This document shows positions 9,696-20,269 of a stretch of DNA of 54,292 nt, one piece after another. This DNA comes from Candidatus Rokuibacteriota bacterium. GTDB lineage: Bacteria; JAUVQV01; DATDCY01. The stretch covers positions 1-54,292 of the forward strand of contig JANOHV010000074.1 in the NCBI GenBank assembly GCA_031406795.1, written 5' to 3'. Under the pieces are notes generated by a model. That model was given only the letters and a program-made list of their open reading frames with translations, searched no databases and was not told the DNA's origin. Position 1 is the first letter of the stretch; each line of letters starts with the position of its first letter. A program made the position numbers and the translations under genes.

Positions 9696-10802
9696 TCACT
9701 GCTCGCGGGCGAACTCCTCGAAGATCGCCGCGAAGGTCCCCGACGAGTCAGCGAAGGCCTCGAGCACCCGCGGGTGGAAGTGCGACGGCTCGGTCCGCCC
9801 GTCGCCGCGGGTGATGATGTCGACGACCCGCGCGTGCGTGAGCGGCGGCTTGTAGGGCCGCTCGCTGCGCAGTGCTTCGTACTGGTCGGCTACGCTCATG
9901 ATCATTCCCGGGAGCGGGAGGTCCTCGCCCCGCAGCCCCCGGGGGTAGCCCCCCCCGTTGAAGCGCTCGTGATGCGTCAGGGCGATGACCTCGGCCAGCT
10001 GGAGAAACGCCGAGGTCGACCCCTGGAGGATGCGCGCCCCGGCCGTCGTGTGCCCCTGGACGATCACGAACTCCTCGGCGGTCAGCGGCCCGGGCTTCTG
10101 CAGGATTTCCGTGGGGATGACGACCTTGCCGATGTCGTGCATCGGGCTGGCGTAGAAAATCGACTCCTGATCCGCCTCGCTCCAGCCGAACTCCCGCGCG
10201 AGGTGGCGGCAGTAGTGGCCGACGCGCTTGATGTGCCCGGAGGTGAAGCCGTCCTTGTACTCGGCGACCGTCGTCAGCCGGAAGATGGTGTCGAGGTAGC
10301 TGACCTTGAGCTCTTCGCGCGAATGGCGCAGCGCCTCGAGCGCGTCCTCAAGCTGGCGCGTGCGCTCGCGCACCTGCGCGTCGAGCTGCTCGTTGTGCTG
10401 CTGGAGGAAGGCCTCGAACTCGACGACGCGCAGCAGGTTCTTCACGCGTAGCGCCAGTTCGGCCTCGTCGACCGGCTTGGCGAGAAAGTCGCTCGCGCCG
10501 ACGGCCAGGCCGCGGATCTTGGACTCCCGCCCCTCGAGGGAGGTCACGAGCACCACGGGGATGTGGGCCGTCAACTCGTCGGCCTTGAGCCGGTCGCAGG
10601 CCTCGAAGCCGTCCATCAGGGGCATGACGACGTCGAGCAGGATCAGGTGCGGCCGGATGCGCCGGGCCAGATCGAGCGCGGCCTGTCCGTCGCCGGCCAC
10701 GGTCACCGCGTAGCCGAGCGGCACGAGCATGTCCTGCATCAGCCGCTGGCTGAACCGGTCGTCGTCGACGACAAGGATCCGCGGCTTGCCCTCGTGCAGC
10801 AT
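9696..10802 (-). CDS. Response regulator with HD-GYP phosphodiesterase (RpfG-like)
   Basis: REC (ILVVDDD, LLDVVMP, KP) plus HDIGK, HHERFNGGGYP, RPYK. Confidence 0.93.
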   Translation of the reverse strand: MLHEGKPRILVVDDDRFSQRLMQDMLVPLGYAVTVAGDGQAALDLARRIRPHLILLDVVMPLMDGFEACDRLKADELTAHIPVVLVTSLEGRESKIRGLAVGASDFLAKPVDEAELALRVKNLLRVVEFEAFLQQHNEQLDAQVRERTRQLEDALEALRHSREELKVSYLDTIFRLTTVAEYKDGFTSGHIKRVGHYCRHLAREFGWSEADQESIFYASPMHDIGKVVIPTEILQKPGPLTAEEFVIVQGHTTAGARILQGSTSAFLQLAEVIALTHHERFNGGGYPRGLRGEDLPLPGMIMSVADQYEALRSERPYKPPLTHARVVDIITRGDGRTEPSHFHPRVLEAFADSSGTFAAIFEEFAREQ

Positions 10803-10931
10803 CGTGCATCCCTTTCCGTTTCTGTCGCTCCTGGCAGCGCCGGGGCGACCCGGCATCGATGTCAATAGGTACCCGAGGCGGTGGGGGATGTCAATTGCGA
10901 CGTCCGACGGGCTGACCTTCGGAGTTTCCGG

Positions 10932-12467
10932 CTATTTCTCCTCGGGAAGCGTGAAGGTGAAGACCGCCCCCTCCCCGGGCCGCGCCTCCGCGCGGATCGC
11001 GCCTCCGTGGCGTCGCACGATGCGCTGCACCGTGGCGAGGCCGATCCCGGTACCCGGGAACTGCTCGGTGGTGTGCAGTCGCTGGAAGGGGCCGAAGAGT
11101 TTCCCCGCGCAGGCCGGATCGAAGCCGGCGCCGTTGTCGCGGACGAAGAACTCCCGGCCGGCGGGGGTTTCCACGGCGCCGAACTCGATCCTCGCGCCGT
11201 CGGTCCGGCCGGTGAACTTCCAGGCGTTCTCAAGCAGGTTGCGCAGCACGACGGCGGCGAGATGCGGGTCGGCGCTCGCGACCACGTCGTCCTGGATCAC
11301 GACGTCGACCGACCGCTCCGGGTGGCCGCAATGCAGCTCCCCGAGGATCTGCCGGGCCAAAGCCGAGAGATCCACGCGCTCTCGCCGCAGGGCCTGACGG
11401 GAGGTTCGGGAGAGTTGCAGCAGATCCTCGATGAGCGTGTTCATCTGCCGGCTCGCGCCGCGGATGCGGTGGAGGTAGTCCTTCGCGATGTGGTCCAACC
11501 CCGATCCGAATTCATCGAGGAAGAGCTGGGCGAAGCCGTCGATGCTGCGCAGGGGGGCGCGCAAGTCGTGAGAAACCGAGTAGGAGAAGCTCTCGAGCTC
11601 GCGGTTCGCGCCCTCCAGCGCGAGCGTGCGCTCCGCCACGCGTTGTTCGAGGCCGAGATTCAGGAGGAAGACCTCTTCCTCCGCCCGCTTGCGGTCGGTG
11701 ATGTCCACCGCGATGCCACGCAGGCCCACCGGGCGGTCCTCGCGAACGATGGCGCTGGTGGTGATGATGAAGGTGCGCAGCGCCCCGCCGCGGGTCCTCA
11801 CGAGAAATTCGTTGGAACTCGTTGCGCCGCCGGAGAGGCGCACCCTGAAATTCTCCCGGGCACGGTCGATTTCTTCAGGGGCGAAGATCTCGAAGGCGCT
11901 CATGCTGGTGACGGCGTCTCCGGCCTCCGCGCCGATGGTGTCGACGAAGGCGCGGTTGACCAGGAGAAACCGGCCCTCGGTGTCAACCTCGAAGAGCGGG
12001 ATCGGCAGGAAATTGAAGAAATCGCGGAACTTCGCCTCGCTTTCGCACAACGCCTGCTCGGCCTGCCGCCGCCGCCGCCGCTCCCCGGCCTCGTCGAGAG
12101 CCCTCCTGATTGCCGGAACGAGTCGGCTCAGGCTGTTCTTGAGGACGTAATCGGTCGCGCCGCCCTTCATTAGCTCGATCGCCCGTTCCTCCCCGATCGT
12201 CCCGGAGACGAGGATGAAGGGCACGTCCGGCGCCTTCTCGCGGGTGAGCGCGAGGGCGGAGATCCCGTCATAGGACGGGAGCGAGTAATCGGCGAGGATC
12301 ACGTCGAAGTTGCGTTGGTCGAGGGCTCTCGAGAAGGCCTCCTCGGTCTCCACGCGGAGCAGTTCGCAGGCGAAGCCCGCCTCCTCCAGGCAGACCTGGA
12401 GAAGCTCCGCATCGCGAAGATCGTCCTCGAGAGAAAGTACCCGCAACGCGTCCGACACGGGCGTCAC
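10932..12467 (-). CDS. Hybrid REC-PAS-histidine kinase
   Basis: REC (LEDD, ILADY), [12 protein letters not shown]-box, NAWKF, DNGAGF, GTGIGLA; GTG start overlaps the upstream TGA. Confidence 0.9.
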   Translation of the reverse strand: MTPVSDALRVLSLEDDLRDAELLQVCLEEAGFACELLRVETEEAFSRALDQRNFDVILADYSLPSYDGISALALTREKAPDVPFILVSGTIGEERAIELMKGGATDYVLKNSLSRLVPAIRRALDEAGERRRRRQAEQALCESEAKFRDFFNFLPIPLFEVDTEGRFLLVNRAFVDTIGAEAGDAVTSMSAFEIFAPEEIDRARENFRVRLSGGATSSNEFLVRTRGGALRTFIITTSAIVREDRPVGLRGIAVDITDRKRAEEEVFLLNLGLEQRVAERTLALEGANRELESFSYSVSHDLRAPLRSIDGFAQLFLDEFGSGLDHIAKDYLHRIRGASRQMNTLIEDLLQLSRTSRQALRRERVDLSALARQILGELHCGHPERSVDVVIQDDVVASADPHLAAVVLRNLLENAWKFTGRTDGARIEFGAVETPAGREFFVRDNGAGFDPACAGKLFGPFQRLHTTEQFPGTGIGLATVQRIVRRHGGAIRAEARPGEGAVFTFTLPEEK

Positions 12468-12928
12468 CCCTGGCTTACGGTACCCGGGGGCGGCTCGTTG
12501 ACGATCGCCCAGAAGAGCCCCAGCGCCTTCACGGCATCGATGAAGGAGTGGAACTCCACCGGCTTCACGACGTAGGCATTCACGCCGAGATTGTAGCTGG
12601 CGACCATGTCCTTCTCCTCGTGAGATGAGGTCAGCACGACCACGGGGATCCGCTTCAGATTCTCGTCGGCGCGGATCTGCTGCAGCACCTCGAGGCCGTT
12701 GATCTTGGGCAGCTTGAGGTCCAGCAGGATCACCGCCGGGTTGCCGTCCGGCCGTCCGGCGTAGGCTCCCCGGCGGTAGAGGTAATCCAGCGCCAGCGCC
12801 CCGTCCTTCACCAGCTCGACGGCGTTCGTCAGGTTGTGCTCGGCCAGAGCTTCGAGCGTCAGCTCCGCGTCGTTCGGGTTGTCCTCGACCAGCAGAATGC
12901 GTTTGAGCACGACAGCATGCATGATCAC
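12464..12928 (-). CDS. Single-domain response regulator (Rcp1-like)
   Basis: [32 protein letters not shown] tail. Confidence 0.92.
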   Translation of the reverse strand: MIMHAVVLKRILLVEDNPNDAELTLEALAEHNLTNAVELVKDGALALDYLYRRGAYAGRPDGNPAVILLDLKLPKINGLEVLQQIRADENLKRIPVVVLTSSHEEKDMVASYNLGVNAYVVKPVEFHSFIDAVKALGLFWAIVNEPPPGTVSQG

Positions 12929-14364
12929 TATCCCTCCTGTCGCTTCGGCAAGGTGAAGTAAAAGCTGGCGCCCTCCTCCACCGCGCCTTCGGCCCAGGTG
13001 CGGCCGCCGTGGCGGTGGATGATGCGCCGGATATTCGCAAGGCCGAGCCCGGTGCCGGGGAACTCCTCCGCGGTGTGCAGGCGCTGGAAGAGCCCGAAGA
13101 GCTTGTCCACGTACTTCATGTCGAATCCCGCGCCGTTGTCCCTGACGAAGATCGTCTCCTCGGCCGCCCCGGGTATCTGGCCGATTTCAACCCTCGCCGC
13201 GGGGTTCTTCACCGAGTACTTGGCCGCGTTGTGGACAAGGTTGAACAGCGCGATCTTCAGCATGGCCGGGTCGCCGAAGACCACGGGGAGGGGGTCCACC
13301 AGCCAGAGGATCTCCCGGCCCGGCATCTCGGCCTTGACGGCCTCGACGACCTCGGCGGCGAGCGCGTCGAGCTGCACCCGGCTCCGCTTCATCTCGGCCC
13401 GGCCCATCCGGGAGAAGGAGAGCAGGTCGTCGATCAACCGTCCCATCTGTTTCGCCGAGGAAGAGATGACGTCGAGGTAGTGCCGGGTCTTCTCGTCGAG
13501 CGCTGCGGGGGAGCGCTTGAGGAGCAGCTCGATGAAGGCGTTGATGTGCCGCAGGGGCGCCCGCAGGTCGTGCGACACGGAGTAGCTGAAGCCCTCGAGC
13601 TCCTTGTTGGTCGCCTCCAGGTTGCGGTGGGACAGCTGGAGCTTCTCCGCCATCTGGTTGAAGGCCCCGGATAACTCCGAGAGCTCGTCGTTGCCGGCGA
13701 CGGCGATCCGCCGGGCGAGGTTCCCTCCGGCAAAGTCCTTCGCGCCCTGCTCCAGCGATCGGATGCGGGCTCCCACGAGCCGGTTGATCAAGAGCGCGTT
13801 GACGACGACCACGCCGCTGCCCCCGGCGACGCACAATGCCACCAGCAGGATCGCATCGCGAGTGGTCCGGTTGCGCTGGGCGCGATTCGATTCCCGCAGC
13901 CGTGCGATGATTTCCGAACGCCGGTAGGAGACGATGATCAGCTGGCTCGCGAGTCTCCGGGAGTACTCCCGGGCGAGGAGATCATCCTCGGACCCCGGGC
14001 GACTCTCGTCGGCGGCGACGATGGCCATGAAGAGCTCCCCGGACTCGTCAAGCAATCCGGACAGGACGCGCAAGAGCGCACGGTCTTCGTCCCGGTGCAG
14101 TTGCGGCCAGGCCTCATCGACCAGCGAGTGGAACTCGGCGTTCTTTGCCAGCCACTGTTCTCTTGAGCGCCGCTCCTGATGAATCAGATACTCGTCGCGG
14201 AGCGAGACGAGCGTGTCGTTCAGCAGGCGAATCCGATTGGTGAGAGCATCGTTCCGCTCCGTTACTTGGTAGCCGCGGTAGCTCCAGGTGACCGCGGTGA
14301 GCATCCCCGCCAAAGCCGCCAGGGAGATCCAGATGCTGAGCGCCAGCCGGGTCTTGATCCGCAT
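12928..14364 (-). CDS. Membrane sensor histidine kinase (TM-periplasmic-TM-HAMP-HisKA-HATPase)
   Basis: Two TM helices, HAMP ([14 protein letters not shown]), [20 protein letters not shown]. Confidence 0.92.
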   Translation of the reverse strand: MRIKTRLALSIWISLAALAGMLTAVTWSYRGYQVTERNDALTNRIRLLNDTLVSLRDEYLIHQERRSREQWLAKNAEFHSLVDEAWPQLHRDEDRALLRVLSGLLDESGELFMAIVAADESRPGSEDDLLAREYSRRLASQLIIVSYRRSEIIARLRESNRAQRNRTTRDAILLVALCVAGGSGVVVVNALLINRLVGARIRSLEQGAKDFAGGNLARRIAVAGNDELSELSGAFNQMAEKLQLSHRNLEATNKELEGFSYSVSHDLRAPLRHINAFIELLLKRSPAALDEKTRHYLDVISSSAKQMGRLIDDLLSFSRMGRAEMKRSRVQLDALAAEVVEAVKAEMPGREILWLVDPLPVVFGDPAMLKIALFNLVHNAAKYSVKNPAARVEIGQIPGAAEETIFVRDNGAGFDMKYVDKLFGLFQRLHTAEEFPGTGLGLANIRRIIHRHGGRTWAEGAVEEGASFYFTLPKRQEG

Positions 14365-14379
14365 GGGAGGGCCGCGTCC

Positions 14380-15390
14380 TCAGTGCAGGATCGTGACCGC
14401 TTCGGGTTTCACTGCCAGCAGCCCGTCGAGGTAGATGTACTCGAGATAGTTCGGGACGGTGGTGGCCGGTGTCAGGCGGCTCTTGATCGCCCAGCGGGAC
14501 TGATTCTCCAGTGTCAGAATCAGGTCCTGGCCGAGAGTGACCCGGAAATCGTAGATCCCCCAGATCTCCGCCAGCAGTCCCCGGTCGATCTTCAGGAAAT
14601 CCGCGGCAAGCTCCACCGAGAGATCAGGGTGCTGCGCCATGAAGGCCTCGGCCTTGAGGAGGGCCCGCAGCAGTTTCTTGACGATCTCCGGGTTGCGCGC
14701 CGCATACTCCCGCAGCGAAGAGAGGCAGAACATCTCGGTGTAGACGTTCTTGTCCTGGAATGAGACGCCGCCGGTACCGAACGACTTCTGCATCTGGAGG
14801 ACGTAAGGGTTCCAGGTTGAGACCGCGTCCACCGTCCCGGCCTGGAGCGCGGGCAGCATCTCCTCGGGCTTCAACGGGACGGTCACGACCCCGTTCATGC
14901 CGATCAAGCGCGTCATCAGAAACGAGTCGAGGAAGAATTCGCTCGTCGTTCCCGGGGTCATCCCGATGCGCTTTCCCTTCAGGTCGCCCGGGGTCGAGAT
15001 CCCGCGGTCCTTGCGGGCGAAAATCGTCTCGTTCTTCGTCGAGGTCTGGATGACGGCCACCGGGGCGATCTTCTCCCCCTTCATGATCGAGAACATGATC
15101 GGGATGTCGGCGGAGGTCGCGAAGTCGGCCTTGCCCGCGGTGAGCGCTTCCATGGCGGGTTTCCCGAAGGGATGCGTCTGCGGGAGGGCGTCCAGGCCCT
15201 CCTCGGCGAAATACCCCTTCTTCCAGGCCACCGCGAGGAGGGCGCTGTTGGGAATGGTCGCGCAGGCGATGGTGACCCGCTGAAGCGGCACGGCGGGTGG
15301 CTTGGCGCCTTCCCGGCAGCCAGCGGGCAGAAACGCAGCAACGACCAGGCACGCCGTGACAACGACTCTTCGGATCGCCAGAACTCTCAT
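14380..15390 (-). CDS. NitT/TauT (SsuA/THI5-like) substrate-binding lipoprotein
   Basis: Lipobox-like PAGC, KKGYFAEEGLD, DLKGKRIG, DAVSTWNP; GGGGAGGGG RBS. Confidence 0.88.
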   Translation of the reverse strand: MRVLAIRRVVVTACLVVAAFLPAGCREGAKPPAVPLQRVTIACATIPNSALLAVAWKKGYFAEEGLDALPQTHPFGKPAMEALTAGKADFATSADIPIMFSIMKGEKIAPVAVIQTSTKNETIFARKDRGISTPGDLKGKRIGMTPGTTSEFFLDSFLMTRLIGMNGVVTVPLKPEEMLPALQAGTVDAVSTWNPYVLQMQKSFGTGGVSFQDKNVYTEMFCLSSLREYAARNPEIVKKLLRALLKAEAFMAQHPDLSVELAADFLKIDRGLLAEIWGIYDFRVTLGQDLILTLENQSRWAIKSRLTPATTVPNYLEYIYLDGLLAVKPEAVTILH

Positions 15391-15576
15391 GACTGCCCCT
15401 CCCCGTCGCGTGCAACGAACTCGGTCGAGGCGATCGACGGATCGGAAGGACAATCAGCCCGTCGGCCGGAACTAATGCTTGCTAATATCCATTGCATAAT
15501 GGAACTGTTACAGCAGGTGACTACGAAGTCAAGCACACCGGAACAAGTATGACTTGGGCCGAGCTTGAAGCGGTCG

Positions 15577-16212
15577 TTACGGCGCGTTGAGGATCTTCTC
15601 GAGGACGAAGCCTTCGGGCGCTGCGCCGACGAACTCCGCCTGGTAGTTGATCATCGTCTTCGGCACGCCGCCGACGTTGTAGCGTCGCGAGAGCTCGGGG
15701 AACTCCTCGGCGTCGATGACTTCGGCGCTCACCTTGTCGCTCGCCATCGCCATCGAGTAGGCCGCCCGGGCCGCTTTTGGGCAGTAGGGTCAGGATTGGG
15801 TGACGAACACCGTGAGCTGGACGGGTTTGGAAAGCTTCGCGAGCTGAGCCGCCGACTCCGGCGAGACGCCGGAGGTGTCGTCACCCACCGCGCGGATCGT
15901 CTCGACGAACGGGATGAAATCGTAGCCGCTCGGCAGGCCGAAGTAGCGCAGATCGTAGTCCTTCTTGCCGAGCAGCGCGATGCCCGGGACCTTGTCGATA
16001 CCCAGCTCCTTCGCGCGGGCGGCGTCGTTTTTCAGCGAGAGAACCTCGACTTTGACCCGCGGCTCGGCGGCGGCGATGTCGGCGAGCAGCCCCTCGGCCT
16101 CCCCGCAGTACTTGCACTCGCCGCCGTCGCGCGAGAAGAGGACCAGCCGCACCTCGTCCTTCATGCCGCCGAGGGTCTTCTTCACGTAGGCTTTGTCCTT
16201 CTCGCTGAGCAT
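15577..16212 (-). CDS. Protein-disulfide oxidoreductase (two thioredoxin folds, AhpF-N/PDO-like); putative selenoprotein with Sec at TGA 15790-15792
   Basis: CKYC motif, then VFVTQS-TGA-PYC; the frame continues 70 codons with Trx-like sequence (EEFPELSRRYNVGGVPKT, FVGAAPE) to TAA 15577; alternative start at 16317 adds a lipoprotein-like signal. Confidence 0.88.
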
Positions 16213-16379
16213 GGAAACCGCCCCCCCGCCTTTCTTGGCACAGGCGGGCAGACACAGCAGCAGCGCCGCGAGAGTCGCGGCGGCCACCTTCAGGACGGTC
16301 AATCGCGTCAAGTCCATAAGTCTGTCGAAGCATACGCGAGCGACTTGGCGAAGGCAAGAGCCGGCATGAGGATCAGCTG

Positions 16380-16609
16380 CCCGCGCCCGCTCGCGCGCGA
16401 TATTTTTCGTTCCGGCAAGGCAGCGACGAGACCGCGCGGAGGCGTGCTGGTGCACGCCGCACAAGCGAGTCGAGAAGCAACGCGGCCGGGGCTGACCGGA
16501 GCGGTCGCGATCTGCGAGCGCGGGTAAAAACTGAGGGGCGTAGCCCCTTCCTTGCCGGAGCGGCGGCCTGCTGGGACGCCGATAAAAAGATCCGCGCGAG
16601 CGCCGCGGG
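16380..16609. repeat. Structured palindromic dispersed element, copy B (larger, divergent)
   Basis: Imperfect terminal IR cccgcg..ctcgcgcg..atattttt / aaaaagatccgcgcgagcgccgcggg; tccggcaagg/ccttgccgga; central hairpin ga-ggcgtgc-tggt-gcacgcc-gca. Confidence 0.7.
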
Positions 16610-17440
16610 CTATTCGGAAGTAACGACGTTCCAGGCGAGGCTCAACAGCGGAATGCACTCGTCGGCCGCCCCGGCCACGGGCTTGAGCACGTAGCAGCGC
16701 TGAGCATCCTCCTCGCGGTAGAAGGCCTGGACGCCCGCTGCGAACTCGCGGTTGACGGCATCGCGCAACTCCCCGGCGGCGCCGGGCGGGATGACCAGGT
16801 GGAAGACGTTGTCCCCGGTGTGCCCGACGAACGCCCGGGCGCCGGCGATCCGCCCGGCCGCCTCGAGGATGATTTTGCTGGTCTGCAGCGTGACGTGGTC
16901 GGCCTTGATGTTGCCGTACTTCATCTGATAGGTCTCGTAAGCCACCGGCTCGAACGAGCAGCCGAGCACGACGAACTGCTCCCCCGATTTGCGGCGCTGC
17001 TCGAGCTCGTGCTGGATCGCCGTCCACAGCGGCAGCTTGGTGAGCGGGTGATAGCTCTCACCGCGTTCGCGCAGCGCGAAGATCTTCTCGACGGCGCGCT
17101 CGAGCTCTTCGGGGTCGTACGGCTTGGTGATGTACTCGTCCGCCCCGAGCTCGCGGCCCCAGTACTGGTCTTCCTCGAGGTTCTTCGCGGTGAGCATCAC
17201 CACCGGGATCGTGCGCAACTCGGCGTCCGCTTTCATTTCGGAGCAGACGTCGTAGCCGCTCTTCTCCGGCATCATCACGTCGAGGATCACCAGGTCGGGG
17301 CGCTCGGCGCGGATCTTCTCGAGCGCGACCCGGCCGTCCTCCGCGGTGATCACGGTGTAGCCCAGCGACTCGAACCCCATCTTGACCACCTTGCGGATGT
17401 TGGCGTTGTCGTCCGCGACGAGAATCTTCCTGGCTGTCAT
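16610..17440 (-). CDS. Response regulator with degenerate GGDEF-like domain
   Basis: Intact REC (VADD, ILDVMMP, TKP); HPLTKLP, KYG, and GHTGDNVF in place of GGD/EEF. Confidence 0.8.
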   Translation of the reverse strand: MTARKILVADDNANIRKVVKMGFESLGYTVITAEDGRVALEKIRAERPDLVILDVMMPEKSGYDVCSEMKADAELRTIPVVMLTAKNLEEDQYWGRELGADEYITKPYDPEELERAVEKIFALRERGESYHPLTKLPLWTAIQHELEQRRKSGEQFVVLGCSFEPVAYETYQMKYGNIKADHVTLQTSKIILEAAGRIAGARAFVGHTGDNVFHLVIPPGAAGELRDAVNREFAAGVQAFYREEDAQRCYVLKPVAGAADECIPLLSLAWNVVTSE

Positions 17441-17468
17441 TGCCGGCCCTCCGGTTACCGCCACCATA

Positions 17469-20051
17469 TCACACGCCACGGGCTGCGGCGGACGCCAGCG
17501 GCAGAGTGAAGTAGAACGCGCTCCCGCCCGCGGGGGCGGCTTCGATCCAGATCTTGCCACCATGCTCCTCGACGATTTCACGCGCGATGGCCAGGCCGAG
17601 CCCGGTCCCCTGGATGCCCTCGATGTTCTTTTCGCGGCCCCGCTGGAATTTCTCGAAGACCCGCAGCCGGTCCTCCTCCGGGATGCCGGAGCCGGTGTCG
17701 CTCACCCAGAAGCGCGCCATGGCCGCCGTCCCACCCGTCTTCGGCCCGACCGCGCGCACGTCCGCCCCGAGGGTGATGCGCCCCCCCGCGGGCGTGTACT
17801 TGATGGCATTGCCGACGAGGTTGGCGAGCACGCGCTCCACCCGCCTGCGGTCGGCGCGCACCAGGGGCAGGGCGGGGTCCCACTCCCAGGACAGCGTCTG
17901 GGCCTTCTCGGCGGCCAGCAGCCGCAGGCCGTCGAGCAGCTTCTCGAGCACGGGGCGCACGGCCAGATCCTCGGGTTCGAGCCGGGCCATTCCCGACTCG
18001 AGCTTGGAGAGATCGAGCAGATCGTTGATCAGCGCGGTCATCCGCCCGACCTCCTCCTGCACCATGGCGACCAGGTCGGCCTGCTCGGGCGTCAGTTCGC
18101 CGGCGCGTCGTCGCGCGATCAGGCCGAGGGCCCCGCGTATCGAGGTCAGCGGGGTGCGCAGTTCGTGCGAGACCTGGGAGATGAATTCCGACTTGAGTTG
18201 CGAGAGGTGCGTCAGTTCGGTGGCGTCCTCCAGCACCGCCACCGCGCCGAGGAACTTCCCGGCCCCGGTGCGCATCGGGGCGACGCGCACGTGGTGAATC
18301 CGGTGCCCCGCGGTGTCCGGGGCGATGGTTTCGGAGAACTCCGTGTGCTCGATGGCCGCGCGCTGCAGCAGGCCGAGGACCATGCCGTGCTCCGGCAGCC
18401 AGGTCGCCCCGTCGCGCGAGAGCGCCAGCCGCGCCTTCTCGTTGACGAGGGTGACGGCCCCCGCCTCGTCGCAGACCAGAACCCCCTCGACCATGCTCGC
18501 GAGGATCGCCTCGACTTTGCCCTTCTCCTTTTCGAGGGAGAGGAACATCTCGATGGTTTCGTTGACCTGCTCCTCCATGTACTTGTAGAGGCGCGCCTTC
18601 TCGATGGCGGTGCCGGCCTGGCTCTCCAGCGCCTGGAGCAGACGCAGATCGTCGTCGACGAAGGCCCGCCCGGGCGGCAGCGAGTTGAGCACCTCGAGCA
18701 CGCCGATGACCCTGCCGCGCACGGACAGCGGCACCGCCATGATGTTGCGCGTCGTGTACCCGGTCGTGTCGTCCGCCTTCCTGAAGAAGCGCTGGTCGGC
18801 GGCCGGGTCGTTGACGATCACCGGCTGTCCTTCGCGCGCCACCCACCCGGCCACCCCCTCGCCGAGCTTGAGGCGGATCTGCTTCACTGCCGAGCCCCGG
18901 TCGCCGGTGGCGACCTCGAACACCAGCTCCTGGGTCGACTCCTCGAGGAGCATCAGCGCGGAGGACTCCGCGCCCAGCAACCGGGTGCTCTGCGCCATCA
19001 CCTGGCGCAGCACCTCGCTCAGGTCGAGCGTCGAATTGATGACCTGGTTCACCTCCATCAGCGATTCGATCTCGGCGGCGCGGTGGTTGATTTCCGCGAA
19101 AGCCGCCAGGTGTTCGAGGCTGCGTGCCAGGCTCAGCGCGGCGATGCAGAAGACCTCGCACATCCGCTCGCCGAATTCCTCGGCTCCCGCGGGGTAGACC
19201 GCGAGCAGGCCGCGCCCGCCGGCGTGCATCACGAAGGGGAAGGCGGCGATTTGCGCGGCCTCCGGCGGATGGGGCCCGCTCTCGCGCCGGCCGCGGGCCA
19301 GCGGTTCGTGGAAGAAGGGGCGCTCCCCGACTCCGGCGGCGGGCATGCCGAACTCCGCCGCCGGCCAGGGCTCCGCCCCGGCGTTTGCGAGGTCTTCGGC
19401 CCGCCGGAAGCCGCCGTCGACGCCGAGAAAGACGCGGGCCTCGCTGACGCCGGGGAACCGCCGCAGCGTCCTGCGCAGGATCGCCAGAACCTCGTCGCGG
19501 TCACGCGCCGCGGCCAGATCCTGGGTCATCCCGAGGATGATCCGCGTCCAGGCCAGCCGTTCCCCCTCGGCGCGCGACTCCTCGGCCATGAAGCTGGACA
19601 TCAGGGCCACGAGGTAGAAGAACGGGACGCGGATCAGCAGCGCCGGGTCGAGCAGGGTCGCCACGCTCCCCGTGCGCACCGCCATCCAGACGTAAAAGCC
19701 GCTGGCGAGCACCGCGACCAGCAGGCTGCCCTGGATGTTGCGGCCGTAGGAGGCCATCAGAATGGTGAAGAAGTAGAAGATGTAGAGATCGAGATCGCCG
19801 GTGAGGTAGATCATCGCCGAGATGAAGAGCACGTCGAAAAGCACCACGCCATAGTTCAGGCGCCAGCGACGGAAGCGCTCGTCGTTCACGAGGCCCAGAG
19901 CGAGGTTGCTCGCGGCGAAGAGGCCGAGCAGCGGGAGGAAGAGGGCCGGGGACTGCCGCTCGCCCGAGACGACGAGATACGCGGCCACGAAGAACAGCAG
20001 CCAGCGCAGGATGGCAATCAGGGCTTTCTTCTTGATCAGGTAGACGCGCAC
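17469..20051 (-). CDS. Multi-TM GAF-GAF-PAS histidine kinase
   Basis: Hydrophobic N-terminus, GAF (GEGVAGWV, AVPL), [23 protein letters not shown] start after GGAGG. Confidence 0.88.
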   Translation of the reverse strand: MRVYLIKKKALIAILRWLLFFVAAYLVVSGERQSPALFLPLLGLFAASNLALGLVNDERFRRWRLNYGVVLFDVLFISAMIYLTGDLDLYIFYFFTILMASYGRNIQGSLLVAVLASGFYVWMAVRTGSVATLLDPALLIRVPFFYLVALMSSFMAEESRAEGERLAWTRIILGMTQDLAAARDRDEVLAILRRTLRRFPGVSEARVFLGVDGGFRRAEDLANAGAEPWPAAEFGMPAAGVGERPFFHEPLARGRRESGPHPPEAAQIAAFPFVMHAGGRGLLAVYPAGAEEFGERMCEVFCIAALSLARSLEHLAAFAEINHRAAEIESLMEVNQVINSTLDLSEVLRQVMAQSTRLLGAESSALMLLEESTQELVFEVATGDRGSAVKQIRLKLGEGVAGWVAREGQPVIVNDPAADQRFFRKADDTTGYTTRNIMAVPLSVRGRVIGVLEVLNSLPPGRAFVDDDLRLLQALESQAGTAIEKARLYKYMEEQVNETIEMFLSLEKEKGKVEAILASMVEGVLVCDEAGAVTLVNEKARLALSRDGATWLPEHGMVLGLLQRAAIEHTEFSETIAPDTAGHRIHHVRVAPMRTGAGKFLGAVAVLEDATELTHLSQLKSEFISQVSHELRTPLTSIRGALGLIARRRAGELTPEQADLVAMVQEEVGRMTALINDLLDLSKLESGMARLEPEDLAVRPVLEKLLDGLRLLAAEKAQTLSWEWDPALPLVRADRRRVERVLANLVGNAIKYTPAGGRITLGADVRAVGPKTGGTAAMARFWVSDTGSGIPEEDRLRVFEKFQRGREKNIEGIQGTGLGLAIAREIVEEHGGKIWIEAAPAGGSAFYFTLPLASAAARGV

Positions 20052-20269
20052 CACACCCTCCCGCGGGAACCGCCTGCCGGTGACGCGGTGCAGTATAGCA
20101 AGTGTCGGTCCTGTCTGTCCGGTGTTGCGCCGACAGAGGCGCTGTGTCACCATTGCCGCGGCTGGCGCGGCAGGTCGCCGCGCCGAATCGGGGGAGTCAT
20201 GGGACCAGGACGAGCCGGCGGGCCGCGGGGCTTGCCCTGCGCAAACGCCGCTCCGGGAGGGTTCGCGCC

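Noticed and set aside
15468-15482. Sigma54-like GG...TTGC promoter
   Set aside because: Spacing is N11 rather than N10 and it points toward no plausible gene
15790-15792. Nonsense mutation or pseudogene reading of the TGA
   Set aside because: The TGA falls exactly at the catalytic Cys position and the downstream half is intact, so Sec is more parsimonious though unproven
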